39,929 bases of DNA, taken from Chrysochromulina tobinii (lineage: Eukaryota). How positions within the stretch are numbered: position 1 is the stretch's first letter; every line of letters begins with the position of its first letter. Under the pieces are notes generated by a model, which searched no databases, was not told where the DNA came from, and was given only the letters and a program-made list of their open reading frames with translations. The stretch spans positions 1 through 39,929 of the forward strand of contig JWZX01003328.1 of NCBI GenBank assembly GCA_001275005.1. The letters are read 5' to 3'. The translations under genes were made by a program, and so were the position numbers. Positions 1 through 11,802 of this stretch are shown piece after piece.

Positions 1-1134
1 CGCCGCTGAAGTTGTTGCTGGCCGTGGCGAGCGTCGTGGCGAGCTTCGGCCTGCCGCGGTGATGGGTCACGTGCTGCACGAGGCCGCTCTCTTTGGGTAT
101 CCGAAGTTCCGTCAACTGCGTGTGTGTATGTACCGGTAGGTGACGGTCAGGGGGGTGGGGGAAGGGGGGATGGGGGATACAGTGAGGGTGAGGCAGAAGG
201 AGGGTGAGGGTGAGGGTGAGGCAGAAGGGGGGTGTGAGGGGCGAAGGGGTGTGTGAAAGGAAGGCTTCTCTCGAGCGGGCGAGCGCCGTGTCGAGCGTGC
301 GAGCGCCGTGTCGAGCGGGCGTGCACGCACAATCTTGGTGTGCCATCCCACGCACAGCTGCGGCTCGTCGAGTTCGAAGAGCACGGAGCTCGTCTCCAGA
401 TCGGGCCGGCCGCCCGGCGCGTACTTGTCGGCCGAGATCCCGAAGCCGAGCGGCGCCGGCCACGAGGACCAGACGCACAGGGAGCCGTGAGCTGGGTCGA
501 TCTCGAGCGCCGTGATGAGCGCCGTGGCGAGGGCGAGGTGTGGTCGGCACTGCTCGCGCTCGGTGTACACAAACCAGCCCTCGGTGGGCAGCCACTCGAT
601 CGCCGACGCTGTGAAGCGCACGGCCGTCGACCCGCACTCGACTCGGCCGACACAGACGCGCCTCATTTGGAGAAGGAGGGCCGCGCCCGCTGGCGTCGCC
701 GACGCGGCCACCGCCGGCACGACGCTCGCCTGCGCCGCCGGTATGGCGCTCGCCGCCGGCGCCGGCGCCGGCGCCGACGCGCGCGGAAGCGTGCCGCCGG
801 CCGGTGTGGAGGAGGCAGCTCGGGACGATGTCGCCGTCGAGGAAGCCATCCGTGCTGAGGCGAACGGCGCCGCCGCCGCGGCAGCGCTGGGAGCGCTGCT
901 GCTACTGCTGGGCGCGCTGGGCGTACCTTGCCGCTGGCCGCCGGCCGCCAGCGGCCGCACGTTGGCTGGCTTGAGAGCGATGGTCTCGCCGCTCGCATCG
1001 ACCTGCACGTGGGAGCGCTGGCTCTCCTCGTCGCACCGGAGGACGCGCCCAGTCTTCCCATTCAGGTCGGCGCGCTTCTCTAGCGAGTGGATCTCGACGG
1101 CGTCGCCCGGCAGTGCTGTCCAGGCCCCTTCCAT
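1..1134 (-). CDS. Hypothetical protein, 3'-truncated by the window edge; N-terminal SH3/KOW-like beta module, Ala/Ser/Pro linker; exons 1134-331 and 115-<1
   Basis: ATG at 1134 (MEGAWTALPGDAVEIHSLEKRADLNGKTGRV...LKPANV). Donor ATT|GTGCGT at 330 and acceptor ...ACGCAG|TTG at 116 join to an open frame LTELRIPKESGLVQHVTHH... that runs off the window. Confidence 0.6.
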
Positions 1135-1660
1135 CGGTGAGCGAGGGTCAAGTTGGTAGGAAATGTCAGTACGCCGGGGTGTGGAGTTGGTGGTGGCCGC
1201 ACGGTCGCCGCCGAATTGGGCGCGCTTGAGCCTTTGTGTTTCGTCACCTGTGAAGAGCACTTCACGAGCGGCACGAGCGGCACGGCGTCGCGCGCGCGCG
1301 CGCCAGCGGCCGATAGAAGGTGTTCCGTTTCAGGGCTCTCGGCCAGACGATCCGCACCCGCAGGCTCTCTCTTCAGGAGAGGACCATCGATCCGCTGCGG
1401 ATGCTGTGACGTAGGTGTGAGGGAGATTTCATGTGAGTGCAACGGAGTGGCGAAGCACAAGACACGAGGTTTTTGCGTCCGCTCTCTCTACGAATACGGT
1501 CTACATGTGACGCGCAACATCGCCTTGTCACTATAACATTTCACTAAAAGAGAAATATAGGAGTCGATTCTACCCACAAGGTGGAAGGCATCGGTCGACT
1601 GGCCGCTCTATGAAACCGCCACGCGGGGCTAACCACGCCTCGTGACAGCGAGATCAAAGT

Positions 1661-2206
1661 TCAACACACCTTCTCGAGCGTGCTGAGCGCCTCGTGCTCT
1701 GCACGTGGCGCTGCGGCTGCGAGCGCGTCCAGTTCCGCCGACGACAGCCCGAGCCGGCCCAGGAGCTCACGAGGGGAGACGACCTCGCGTCCTTTGCGCA
1801 GCACGGCGCGGCACAAGCCGGCTGCCACTGGCGGCGAGTCCGCACCGGCCGCGTGGAACAGCTGCAGAAACCACATCGACCTCTCGTCGGCACCATGCAC
1901 GGTCGAGTGGATTTCGAAAGGTTGCAGCGGCTTGAGCTCCTTTCGGAAACGGGTGAAGGCTGAGGCGACGACAAAGGAAGCGCCCGACCTGCCCAAATGC
2001 GTCGCGAAGCCGGTCGCCACACCCATCTCCCATCTCGCCAGTTCGAGGTGCACGAGGTAGCTCGCGTTATTCATGTGGAGGAACTGATCGATGTCGAAGA
2101 GAGCGTTGACCCGCGCGCGGTAGATGTGCGTCGCGCCCATCTTGGAGGGCTGCAGGGCGCCGCGGAGGCAGGTGGAGAGCACCCTCGGCACATGGAGCAG
2201 CACCAT
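1661..2206 (-). CDS. Hot-dog fold acyl-CoA thioesterase (4HBT/THEM6-like)
   Basis: Motif DIDQFLHMNNASYLVHLELARW followed by RFRKELKPLQPFEIHSTV; likely start MVLLHVPR at 2206. Confidence 0.85.
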   Translation of the reverse strand: MVLLHVPRVLSTCLRGALQPSKMGATHIYRARVNALFDIDQFLHMNNASYLVHLELARWEMGVATGFATHLGRSGASFVVASAFTRFRKELKPLQPFEIHSTVHGADERSMWFLQLFHAAGADSPPVAAGLCRAVLRKGREVVSPRELLGRLGLSSAELDALAAAAPRAEHEALSTLEKVC

Positions 2207-2697
2207 ATTTGCCGACTGATTGAGAAGTGATCGACTTGTGGAATCCGACCGGCATGATTCCACAGAGTGCACAGACCACTGCCACACAATTGTTTCTGGA
2301 TACTACCACAGCGTCACGCAACACAAAATTGTTTCAAAGAGACGAGAGGAGACGAGGCACGAGCTCCGACGGCCACGGGCCGCAGGACACCGGATCACCA
2401 GACACCACGGCACACGTGTGCTCTGAAGCACCTCCGTCCCAGATGCTCCGTTCAATGCTCCGTCCCCAAGGCCGACTACAGACCCACGATGCAGTGACCT
2501 CATCGTAATTCCCGCTCCACCCCCTCCGCCCTCATGTGCTCCGCCTCGCGCCTCCTGCCCCCCTCGCCCCTGGCCACCTTCCGCGCTTGCGCTCCGCTCC
2601 TGCTCCCTGCGCGTGCCCCCCCTGTCCGCGCTCTCGTGCACCTCCCCCCTGACTGCACCCCAGCCACACACAGCGACCCTCATCATCAGCCCCCTGC

Positions 2698-5134
2698 TCA
2701 CGCCGTCCATCTCATCACGGGTGGTGCTCGACATGCCTCTTCCTCCTGTGAGAGCGCCGCCGCACACCGGCGCGTCTCAGGGTGCTCCGGCCCAAGGACG
2801 GTCCTCATGCGCTCGAGGGCCGCTTTCAGCGGGCGGAGCCCTCCGCCTGCCGCGCACTCGAGCCGGGCGTGGACGGCCTCGAGCAGCAGCGTCGTGTCCA
2901 CCGTCGGGCCCAGCGCCGCACGCGCCGTGCTGAGCACGCGTGCATCCACGAGCGCGCGGGCGCTCTCGATGCGGCCTTGCGCGCGGCGCACGTCTGCGAG
3001 CCAGGCTTGCGAGCGCAGCTGGGTGCGCTGGCCCTCTGCGAGCGTCGCGGCGCAGCCGTGGTGTGCTTCGAGGAGCAAGGTCTCGGCCTCGCCCAGCCGG
3101 CCCTGGTCGTGCAGGAGCCGCCCGAGGTTGTTAATCGAGGCGAGGGTGTCCGGATGACGATCACCGAGCGTCGCACGCTGCGCATCGAGCGCCTCGCGCA
3201 GCAGCCCGCCCGCCTCTTCGAGCTTGCCCTGGTCCTGCAGCAGCAACCCCAGATTACTAATCGAGATGAGGGTGTCCGGATGCCGATCGCCGAGCGTCGC
3301 ACGGCTCACCTCAAGGTCCTCGCGGAGCAGCACACCCGCCTCGTCGAGCTTGCCCTGATCGTGCAGCAGCCCCCCCAGTTTACTAATCGAGGTGAGGGTG
3401 TCCGGATGCCGATCGCCGAGCGTCGCACGCCTCGCCTCGAGCGCCTCGCGGTACAGCACGCCCGCCTCGTCGAGCTTGCCCTGGGCCCGCAGCAGCCCCC
3501 CCAGATTAGCAATCGAGGCGAGGGTGCGCGGATGCCGATCGCCAAGGGTCGCACGCCTCGCCTCGAGCGCCTCGCCGTACAGGACGCCCGCCTCGTCGAG
3601 CTTGCCCTGGGCCCGCAGCAGCAACCCCAGATTGTTAATCGAGGTGAGGGTGTCCGGATGCCGATCGCCGAGCGTCGCACGGCTCGCCTCGAGCGCCTCG
3701 CGGAGCAGCATGCCCGCCCCGTCCAACTTGCCCTGGGCGTACAGCAGCGTCGCCAGATTATTAATCGAGATGAGGGTGTCTGGATGCCGATCGCCGAGCG
3801 TCGCACGCCTCGCCTCAAGCGCCTCGCGGTACAGCACGCCCGCCTCGTCGAGCTTGCCCTGGTCCTGCAGTCAGCGCCCCCAGATTATTCATCGAGGCGA
3901 GGGTGTGCGGATGCCGATCGCCGAGCGTCGCACGGCTCGCCTCGAGCGCCTCGCGGAGCAGCCCGCCCGCCTCGTCGAGCTTGCCCTGGTCCTGCAGCAG
4001 CCTCCCCAGCCGATCCTGCAGCGCCGACGTTGCCCGCTCCTCGCGCGGCATGCGCGCCAGCGCCGCGCGGCCCTCGGCCGCGAGCCACTCGCGCAGCGAC
4101 GCGCACACCGTCGCCGTCACCGCACCGATGCCGCCCTCGAGCTGCGCCACCTCGGCCAGGATGTAGTCGCGGTCATCGACCATGGTGATCTGCGCGTCGG
4201 CCGCGTCGATGCCCGCCACGATGCCCGCAATCTCGCCGAAGCGCCTCGTCAGCAGCTCCGCGAAGCCGTCCACGTCCGCGGGCGCGAGCACCACATGTAG
4301 CGTCGCGCCCTTGGCGAGCGCCTTGACGAGCTCGAACAAGCACCACGCGCGCGTCATCGCGCCCGGCCCGCGGCGCATCCAGCGGGCAGGCGGCGCGCCG
4401 CGCTCGGGCAGCAAAAAGGGCTGATCAGGCGCGGGCCACTCGGCCGTGAGCGGCGAGCAGTACAGGAGGATCTCGCCGATGGCCGCCATCGCATCGGCAA
4501 AGACGTGGTCCGTGTCCTCCTTGCGCGCCGTGTGCGCCTCGCTGCCCCGAGGGTAGCGGCCGGCATCAAACTCGCCCGAGAGCAGCGTCTGCGAGGCCGC
4601 AAAGATGTCGATCCGCACGTAGCGCGTCACGCCGTCGGCGGCCTCGAGCTCGGCCAGCCTGCGCTCGATGGCGTCGAGCATGTCGCCCAGCTTCGTGCCC
4701 TCCCACGAGTACGAGAAGAAGGTGGTCGCGAGGCCGATGAGCGCGTCCGCCACTTCCCCGCGCGCCTCGGCCGTGAGCGCGAGCGTCTCGATGAGCGAGA
4801 GCCCCGTCGAGCGCGTGAGCGCGCACACGCTCCACTCGAAGCCCTCCTTCTTGATCAGGTCGCCCATCAGCATGCTGAGCGCGCCGCGCGCGCGGTAGAA
4901 GCGCCGGATGGCGCGCAGCATCTTGCGGCTGATGCCGCGACGGCCGCTCGGCAGGCGGCGCGCGTGCGGGCGCGCCGGCACGTCGAGCGTGCCCTTGGGC
5001 ACGCGCGCCGCCGCGATCGCGTCGAAGAGCGCGTCGGCGAGGGAGTCGGGATCGCTCCGGATCGATGCCTTCCGATCGACAAAGCGCAGCCCATTGCGCC
5101 GCCTCCGGATCACAGCCGACAAAGCGCAGCCCAT
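2698..5134 (-). pseudogene. HET/TIR-like domain + kinesin-light-chain-type TPR array protein (~811 aa if repaired), split by a +1 frameshift at 3871 (pseudogene or sequence error)
   Basis: ORFs 3815-5134 and 2698-3837 join into one frame when the extra base at 3871 is removed (compared with sister repeats). N-terminal motifs TFFSYSW, IDIFAASQ, TRAWCLFEL; seven LGDRHPxTL 42-aa repeats. Confidence 0.75.
3100..4010 (-). repeat. Tandem 126-bp coding repeat array (about 7 full TPR units of 42 aa)
   Basis: Near-identical units such as ggatgccgatcgccgagcgtcgcacg recur with 126-nt period; unit consensus QGKLDEAGxLxREALEAxRATLGDRHPDTLxSIxNLGxLLxx. Confidence 0.95.
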
Positions 5135-5435
5135 TCATGAGCCCATTGCGGAGCCCCGAATCGCGGAACTAGAGGGCTTCCAAATTTGGGTGGGCGAAGC
5201 TAGCGACCATGTACGTAAGGAGTGTGTATTCTGAGCGGGCAGAACATGTAACAGTGCCGTAGCACCGGTTGTCGCGTCTGTCGTGTTAACGTTCACACAC
5301 GACACACACACCTCAGATTACCGCGTACAAAGTAGTGAGAGTTGTAGCAGAGTACCGTACAAGTGCTGTCAACGCAAGGCTTGATTGACATAACAAGGAA
5401 CAAGCGAAGCAATCCCATCGGAAATACACCCAAAG

Positions 5436-7159
5436 CTACGCCTTGTGGGCTCGCAGATGTGACATCGCGTGCTCCCGCAGCAGCTCGCGCAGCTCCACGG
5501 GCATCTCCGTCGACTGCCAGCACGTCACCTCGGCCGTGGCCGCGGCGAGCTCGCCTGTGGCGTCGCTCACGAGAAGCTGCAATTTCGCCAGCTGTGGGCC
5601 TAGGGCCGGGTCCTCGATCGAAGCGCCCTCGTGAGAGACGGAAGCGGAGAGACGTGCCCGGTTCAGCAGCTCCTTGAGCACGGCGGCCGCTGCTTTGGCC
5701 GCCGCTGGGCTCGGCGGCACGGCTGGCGGCGGCGGCGGCGGCGGCAGTGCAGTGCCCCCCCCAAGGAGAACCTCCGTCGGGGACGGTGCATTGGGGCTCT
5801 CGGACTCGAAATAGCCGACGCCCGCGTAGAGGGTGCCACGGGCATGTGTTGGCAGTGGTCGCAGATGGCTCGGCGAGACGCCCTCGCCCGTGCCCATTTC
5901 GCTCTCGTTCGAGTCGCTGCCCTGAGCGACCCCCGTTAGGCGCTTGAGCTCGCTCTCGCTCTCGCTGCTGCTCGAGGCATGCCTAGCGCCCTGTTGGGCG
6001 GCGAGGCGTGTGACGAAGCATCCCTTGGTACGCAGGGGCGCGTTCTTGCTCAGCCGCCACGGGTACGTGACCCAGCCGCCGCCCAGGCGCGCCGCGGCGT
6101 GGAAGCGCTTCAGGAGCGTCGGCTGATCGATCGACGTGTTCGCCGTTGCCTCGAGCACCTCGGCGAGTGTACGCCCTACAAAGGCAGGTGAGGCGCCGTG
6201 CGCGAGCAGGAGGCCGTCTGCCGTGCACACGAAGCCGTACATGCCATGTGCATGGCTGTCGGGCTGCGGGGGCTGGGCTGCCGGCGGCACCAGAGCGTAC
6301 CCGACCCCCGCATAGAACTCCTGTCCCCACTGTGTCACCTTCGAGATCCAGGCTCCCTTGTGCTGCAGCTTCTGGGTGGAATCGTTCCTCCATGCGTAAC
6401 TCACCTAATGAGGGAGGTCATCAGAGGTCATCAGAGCTGTGTGGAATCGTTCCTCCATGCGTAACTCACCTAATGAGGGAGGTCATCAGAGGTCATCAGA
6501 GCTGTGGAATCGTTCCTCCATGCGTAACTCACCCAATCGCCGCCCGCCTCGGCGGCTTGCTTGAAGCGCTCGTGCAGCGCCTCGCCGTCCACCTCATGGT
6601 TGCTCGTGAGCTCGAGCACCTCGCTCAGCGTCTTGCCGACGAACCGCTGATCGGCGCCGTGCGCTACGCACATGCCTGATTTGTAATTGAACACGAATCC
6701 GTAGAAGCCGGCGGTGCGATCGAGGCAGAACTTGACGCTCTTGCGCTCGGACTTGGGCGAACCAACTTTGGTTCCGAGGCTGTCCTCTGCCTCGGAGCCT
6801 GCGTCAGAGCTTGGCAATCCGCTGTCGAGCTCGGCTGAGGTACTGCGGCGGCGGCGGCGGCGGAGTGCCGGCTGCACGATTGGCTTCGTGGCCGGTTCGA
6901 GCGGCTTCGAGTCGACGAGCCAGCCCCACTGATGAGCCCTCGCGTCATCCAATACTCCGCGGTCGTTCTTGTGCTCGTCAGTCACTGAGAAGGATGGGCG
7001 TCTGCGAGGCGGTCTCTCTGACTCTGGTTTGATATCCTCCTCCTCCTCCTCCTCCTGCATCCATAAATGGTAAATGATGTAGGCGGCTACAGCGCCGGCG
7101 GCGACGGCGCCAGCGGCCACCGTCGCAGCTCTGCGCCACCGCGTGCTCGGTCGACTCAT
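5436..7159 (-). CDS. N-terminally membrane-anchored protein with two tandem single-Cache-like sensory domains (~531 aa); exons 7159-6533 and 6404-5436
   Basis: Hydrophobic segment AATVAAGAVAAGAVAAYIIYHLW. Two copies of YGFV..G..AHGA...FVG[KR]TL.EVLE...F..AA..GG.WV.Y.WR....KG......YAGVGY. Splicing TGG|GTGAGT...CATTAG|GTG restores GGDW-VSYAWRNDSTQKL. Confidence 0.75.
6405..6532 (-). other. Spliceosomal intron (128 nt) made of two tandem units (63 + 65 nt), each = 29-nt copy of the downstream exon start + CTGATGACCT-repeat 3' splice cassette
   Basis: GTGAGTTACGCATGGAGGAACGATTCCAC occurs at 6504-6532, 6441-6469 and, as the exon, 6376-6404. Each intronic copy is followed by (AC)AGCTCTGATGACCTCTGATGACCTCCCTCATTAG. 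Confidence 0.85.
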
Positions 7160-7302
7160 GAGACGCGAGAGACGTCTCCCTGACCCACACGCTAGTGTCT
7201 CTTTCGCTGCGGAATTCTTGAAAGCATTTTGGAGTGGGGGGAGTGCTTTCATACATGTGAATGGGTCGCCTCCCTCGTTTTTGTGAATTCCTTCAGGACG
7301 CC

Positions 7303-8661
7303 ATGGCGCCCCTCGCTTTCTTTCTCCTGTTTGTTGCCGCGAGCCCGCTCGTCACATGTGCGCTTGCCGATGGCGGCAAAAGTCCGCCTGCGCGGCGCCT
7401 GAAGGCCAACAAGTACGCCCAGTTTTCCAAGGCGGACGAGGTTCGGCGCTCGCTGCGCTTCTCGAACGTGGACGATGCCTTCGGTGATGAGGTCACAGCA
7501 GAGCAAGCCAAACCAACGGCTGAGCCGCTGCGCGAGCGCGAAAAGTGGGCCTACCCAGACGCAGCGCAGGTTGACCAGCGCGACCCGACTACCTTTGGCT
7601 TCACGGAGATCGGCGTCGTGCTTGGCGCCCATGGCACACGCGGCGAGCTCAAGGTCTTGTCAGACTCAGACTTTGCTCACGAGCGCCTGTGCCACGCCGG
7701 GCCAACGTGGATGCGGCGCCCACGGCGGCGTGCGCCACGCGAGGAGCGCGTGCTGCGCGGGCGCAAGGGACCGGGCACCAATGTGTTCCTCGTGACGATC
7801 GAGAGCGTGCGCAGTCGTGAGGTGAGCACGCAACGTTCACTGCCGCTGTGCACCCCGCGTGCTTCGCCCTTTGCCCGTGCTGCGATCCTCTCAGCGCGCG
7901 CCCACGCGCTCTTGTGTGCACCTTCGACGCAGGCGGCCGACGCGCTCAAGGGCTCGACGTTGCACGTGCGTCGCGAGCTGCGCCCGGAGCTGGGGGAGGA
8001 TGAGTTCATGTTGTGGGAGCTCGAGGGATTGAAGGTGTACCTGGCGCTGGCTGTTGGGAAAGATGGTGTGGCGAGAGAGGAGGCGTCGAGCGCGAGTGCG
8101 GAAGGGCACGCATCAGCTCCAATGGATGGCGCCGTGACGGGCGCCACTGGTTCTCGATCTGCGGACACGACCAGCTCTGTGGCGGACGGTGCGCTGGCGT
8201 ACGTTGCAGGGGCATTTGTTGGCGTCGTGAGCGGACTGATCCCGCGCGAGGAGCTCACTGGCAGCCGCGAGCTCGGTAACGACCTGCTCGAGATCACCCT
8301 TTGCTCGTCCGTGCGTGGCGCCACCGCCGAGGGCGAGGACGAGGACGATGAGAATGACGTCGAGGATGCGTCCGTTGATGACGCTGATGACGAAGACAGT
8401 GACGTGAGCGCATCCGACCACGAAGGCGGCGAGGCGGGCGGTGACGAGGAGGACGGCGACGAGGATGAGAGCGTGCTCGTACCCTACGTCCCGCAGATCG
8501 TGGTTGACGTCCGGCTCTCTGAGGGCTATTTGCTCATCGACCCGCCGAAGGGGTTGCTCAAGATCTGCATTCAGCCCAAGCGGCGCGTACGCGTCGTCAT
8601 CCGTGGCTTGTTACCGGAACGCGCGCAGAGCCTCCTCGTACGCGAGAGCAGTAGTAGCTGA
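7303..8661 (+). CDS. rimM: Ribosome maturation factor RimM, probably plastid-targeted; exons 7303-7821 and 7933-8661
   Basis: IGVVLGAHGTRGELKV, SRE|AADALKGSTLHV, DEFMLWELEGLKV, NDLLEI, LVPYVPQIVVDVRLSEGYLLIDPPKGLL. Signal-like N-terminus MAPLAFFLLFVAA; 111-nt GTGAGC...GCAG intron. Confidence 0.9.
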   Translation: MAPLAFFLLFVAASPLVTCALADGGKSPPARRLKANKYAQFSKADEVRRSLRFSNVDDAFGDEVTAEQAKPTAEPLREREKWAYPDAAQVDQRDPTTFGFTEIGVVLGAHGTRGELKVLSDSDFAHERLCHAGPTWMRRPRRRAPREERVLRGRKGPGTNVFLVTIESVRSREVSTQRSLPLCTPRASPFARAAILSARAHALLCAPSTQAADALKGSTLHVRRELRPELGEDEFMLWELEGLKVYLALAVGKDGVAREEASSASAEGHASAPMDGAVTGATGSRSADTTSSVADGALAYVAGAFVGVVSGLIPREELTGSRELGNDLLEITLCSSVRGATAEGEDEDDENDVEDASVDDADDEDSDVSASDHEGGEAGGDEEDGDEDESVLVPYVPQIVVDVRLSEGYLLIDPPKGLLKICIQPKRRVRVVIRGLLPERAQSLLVRESSSS

Positions 8662-9191
8662 AATGCGCCCATCGTGGTTGGCCCACGAGGAGTAGCACAC
8701 ACCCTTGCATTTGGTTCTACATTAATTCTACACGTAGTAGATTAATTTTAATTACTCGGACCGTCTTCGCGTCTGCGATCTCGGTTCTCGAGCTCGCCGG
8801 TCGGCTCCGCAGCGGCCTTTCCGCGCACGGCGCAGCTCGCCCGGCTTTGATTCATCAGCATTCAGATTCACCGTCAACAGGCGGACGCGCCGATCGCCGA
8901 TTGCCCGAGTGCCGAGATGGCAGTTGGCAGATGCACGTCCTTGTCGCTTGTGGCCGTGGGACCTGGGACGGTGGGAGTATTCCCTGCGTTTTGGAACTCC
9001 CGGGTGCGAATGCCATGGTGAATGCACTCGCCTTCCCGTTTTGTTCCACATTATGTTCAACAGGGGAGTCGGTCCGGGCGCGGGCGCGACTCCCCCATGA
9101 CGCATGAGGTTCACGCTCGAGGCCTCGAGCATCACGCGACGCACGTGTGGCTGCCAGGCTCGAGGAGCGTCGACGGGTGGCTGCTAGCACT

Positions 9192-9219
9192 ACTGAACTG
9201 AACTGAACTGAACTGAACT
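9192..9219. repeat. (ACTGA)n pentanucleotide microsatellite
   Basis: actgaactgaactgaactgaactgaact. Confidence 0.9.
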
Positions 9220-9356
9220 ATCTCGAGACCTGAGAGGAAAGCTTTGTGTCAATTTGTGAATTCGAACGTTTTGGGAAGTTGCCAATCGTGCTTCTTGGTC
9301 GCCCGCGCGAAAAACGTCCCTGCTAAAACGCCTCCCGTCAGCACTTTCCGTCCAAG

Positions 9357-10076
9357 ATGTACAATGCGAGCACAGCTCTTTTGTCTGCTAGGTTGGCAGA
9401 GCCTTGCCCATGGTGGTCCATGGGCCCGCGCCAGGCGTCGGGGTCCTCCATGCGGTCCGGGATTCGCAAAGGGAGGAAGGGCGCGACATTGCCCCGCCGC
9501 AACAGCCTCTCACCTCCTCCCTTGCTGCGACAGGCAACCGTGACGCGAGACGATGCGGTTGCCGCGAAGTTCTTACTATCGCCTGATGCTCAGCAGCCCA
9601 ATCTCATCCTCCGGCTCAAGAGGGAAGGAAAAGAGTGGAAGTGCGTCTCCTTCCCACAGTTGCCCCCGCAATCACCTCCGGAGCGCACAGCCTGCTTGCC
9701 CGGCCCATGAATCCCACCGTATCTGTCGCCTGCTCACGCCCACCTGCACAGGTGTAGTCCTTCGACCTCGCCGAGCACGGCAGGGCCGCTCGTCTCACCT
9801 GTCGCACAGCGCCGCGAGCCACGTGCGACGTGGAGTCCGATGAGGCCTGCGTCATTCGGATGCAGCCACGAGTGCACGCGCGAAGAGAATGACCACGAGC
9901 TGAATGATGCTGGTATGCAAGAACGTGAAGTATGGGGTGCTACGCCGATGCGGCTGCGACAACAGCTGTCCGTTGGAGTACCGCGCGCGCCGCAATCTGC
10001 TTCAAGGATCCAATTTCAGTACACAGTTTCGAGCCCGCGCCCGGGCGCGGCCGGCGAGGCCGCGGCAGGCGCGTGA
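9357..10076 (+). CDS. Possible small spliced hypothetical gene (structure uncertain)
   Basis: Exon-like segment ATVTRDDAVAAKFLLSPDAQQPNLILRLKREGKEWK is flanked by a pyrimidine-rich ...GCGACAG acceptor and a GTGCGT donor (~9641), with a ...TGCACAG acceptor near 9751. No recognisable domain. Confidence 0.25.
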
Positions 10077-10341
10077 CCCCACGTGAGCTTACAGCTTTAG
10101 ATCAGTACGCATATTATTAACGGTATGCAAATTATTGTGTGTTTAACGTCGCTATCCCGGGAGGTCTGTCCTTCGATTACTGAGGGTAGTTCGAGATCAG
10201 ATAAAACTCATTGTCACGTCCATGCCAATCTGACGTGATCGGGCGTTGCGAATCGGCGCAGTTCTCGGGAGATCGGGATCGCGCCTCTGAGACTTGCAGT
10301 CAAAACGCTCAGGACACATTTCGAGGTGCTGCCGACAGGGC

Positions 10342-11802
<1,461 letters not shown>

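Noticed and set aside
3100..4010. Diversity-generating retroelement (TR/VR) as the cause of TPR variation
   Set aside because: There is no reverse transcriptase or separate template repeat in the window, and differences are not confined to adenines.
2782..4300. Long repetitive plus-strand ORFs (468 aa, 302 aa)
   Set aside because: Antisense shadows of the GC-rich TPR gene. The same applies to most overlapping Arg/Ala/Pro-rich ORFs in the track.
5077..5135. 19-nt direct repeat cgacaaagcgcagcccatt at the 5' end of the HET/TIR-TPR gene
   Set aside because: A local duplication with no splice cassette or element boundaries; it only makes the start codon ambiguous.
6376..6532. CRISPR-like array (three 29-nt direct repeats with ~35-nt spacers)
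   Set aside because: The spacers are near-identical to each other, the repeat is coding sequence, the context is eukaryotic and no cas genes are present. It is better explained as a duplicated intron unit.
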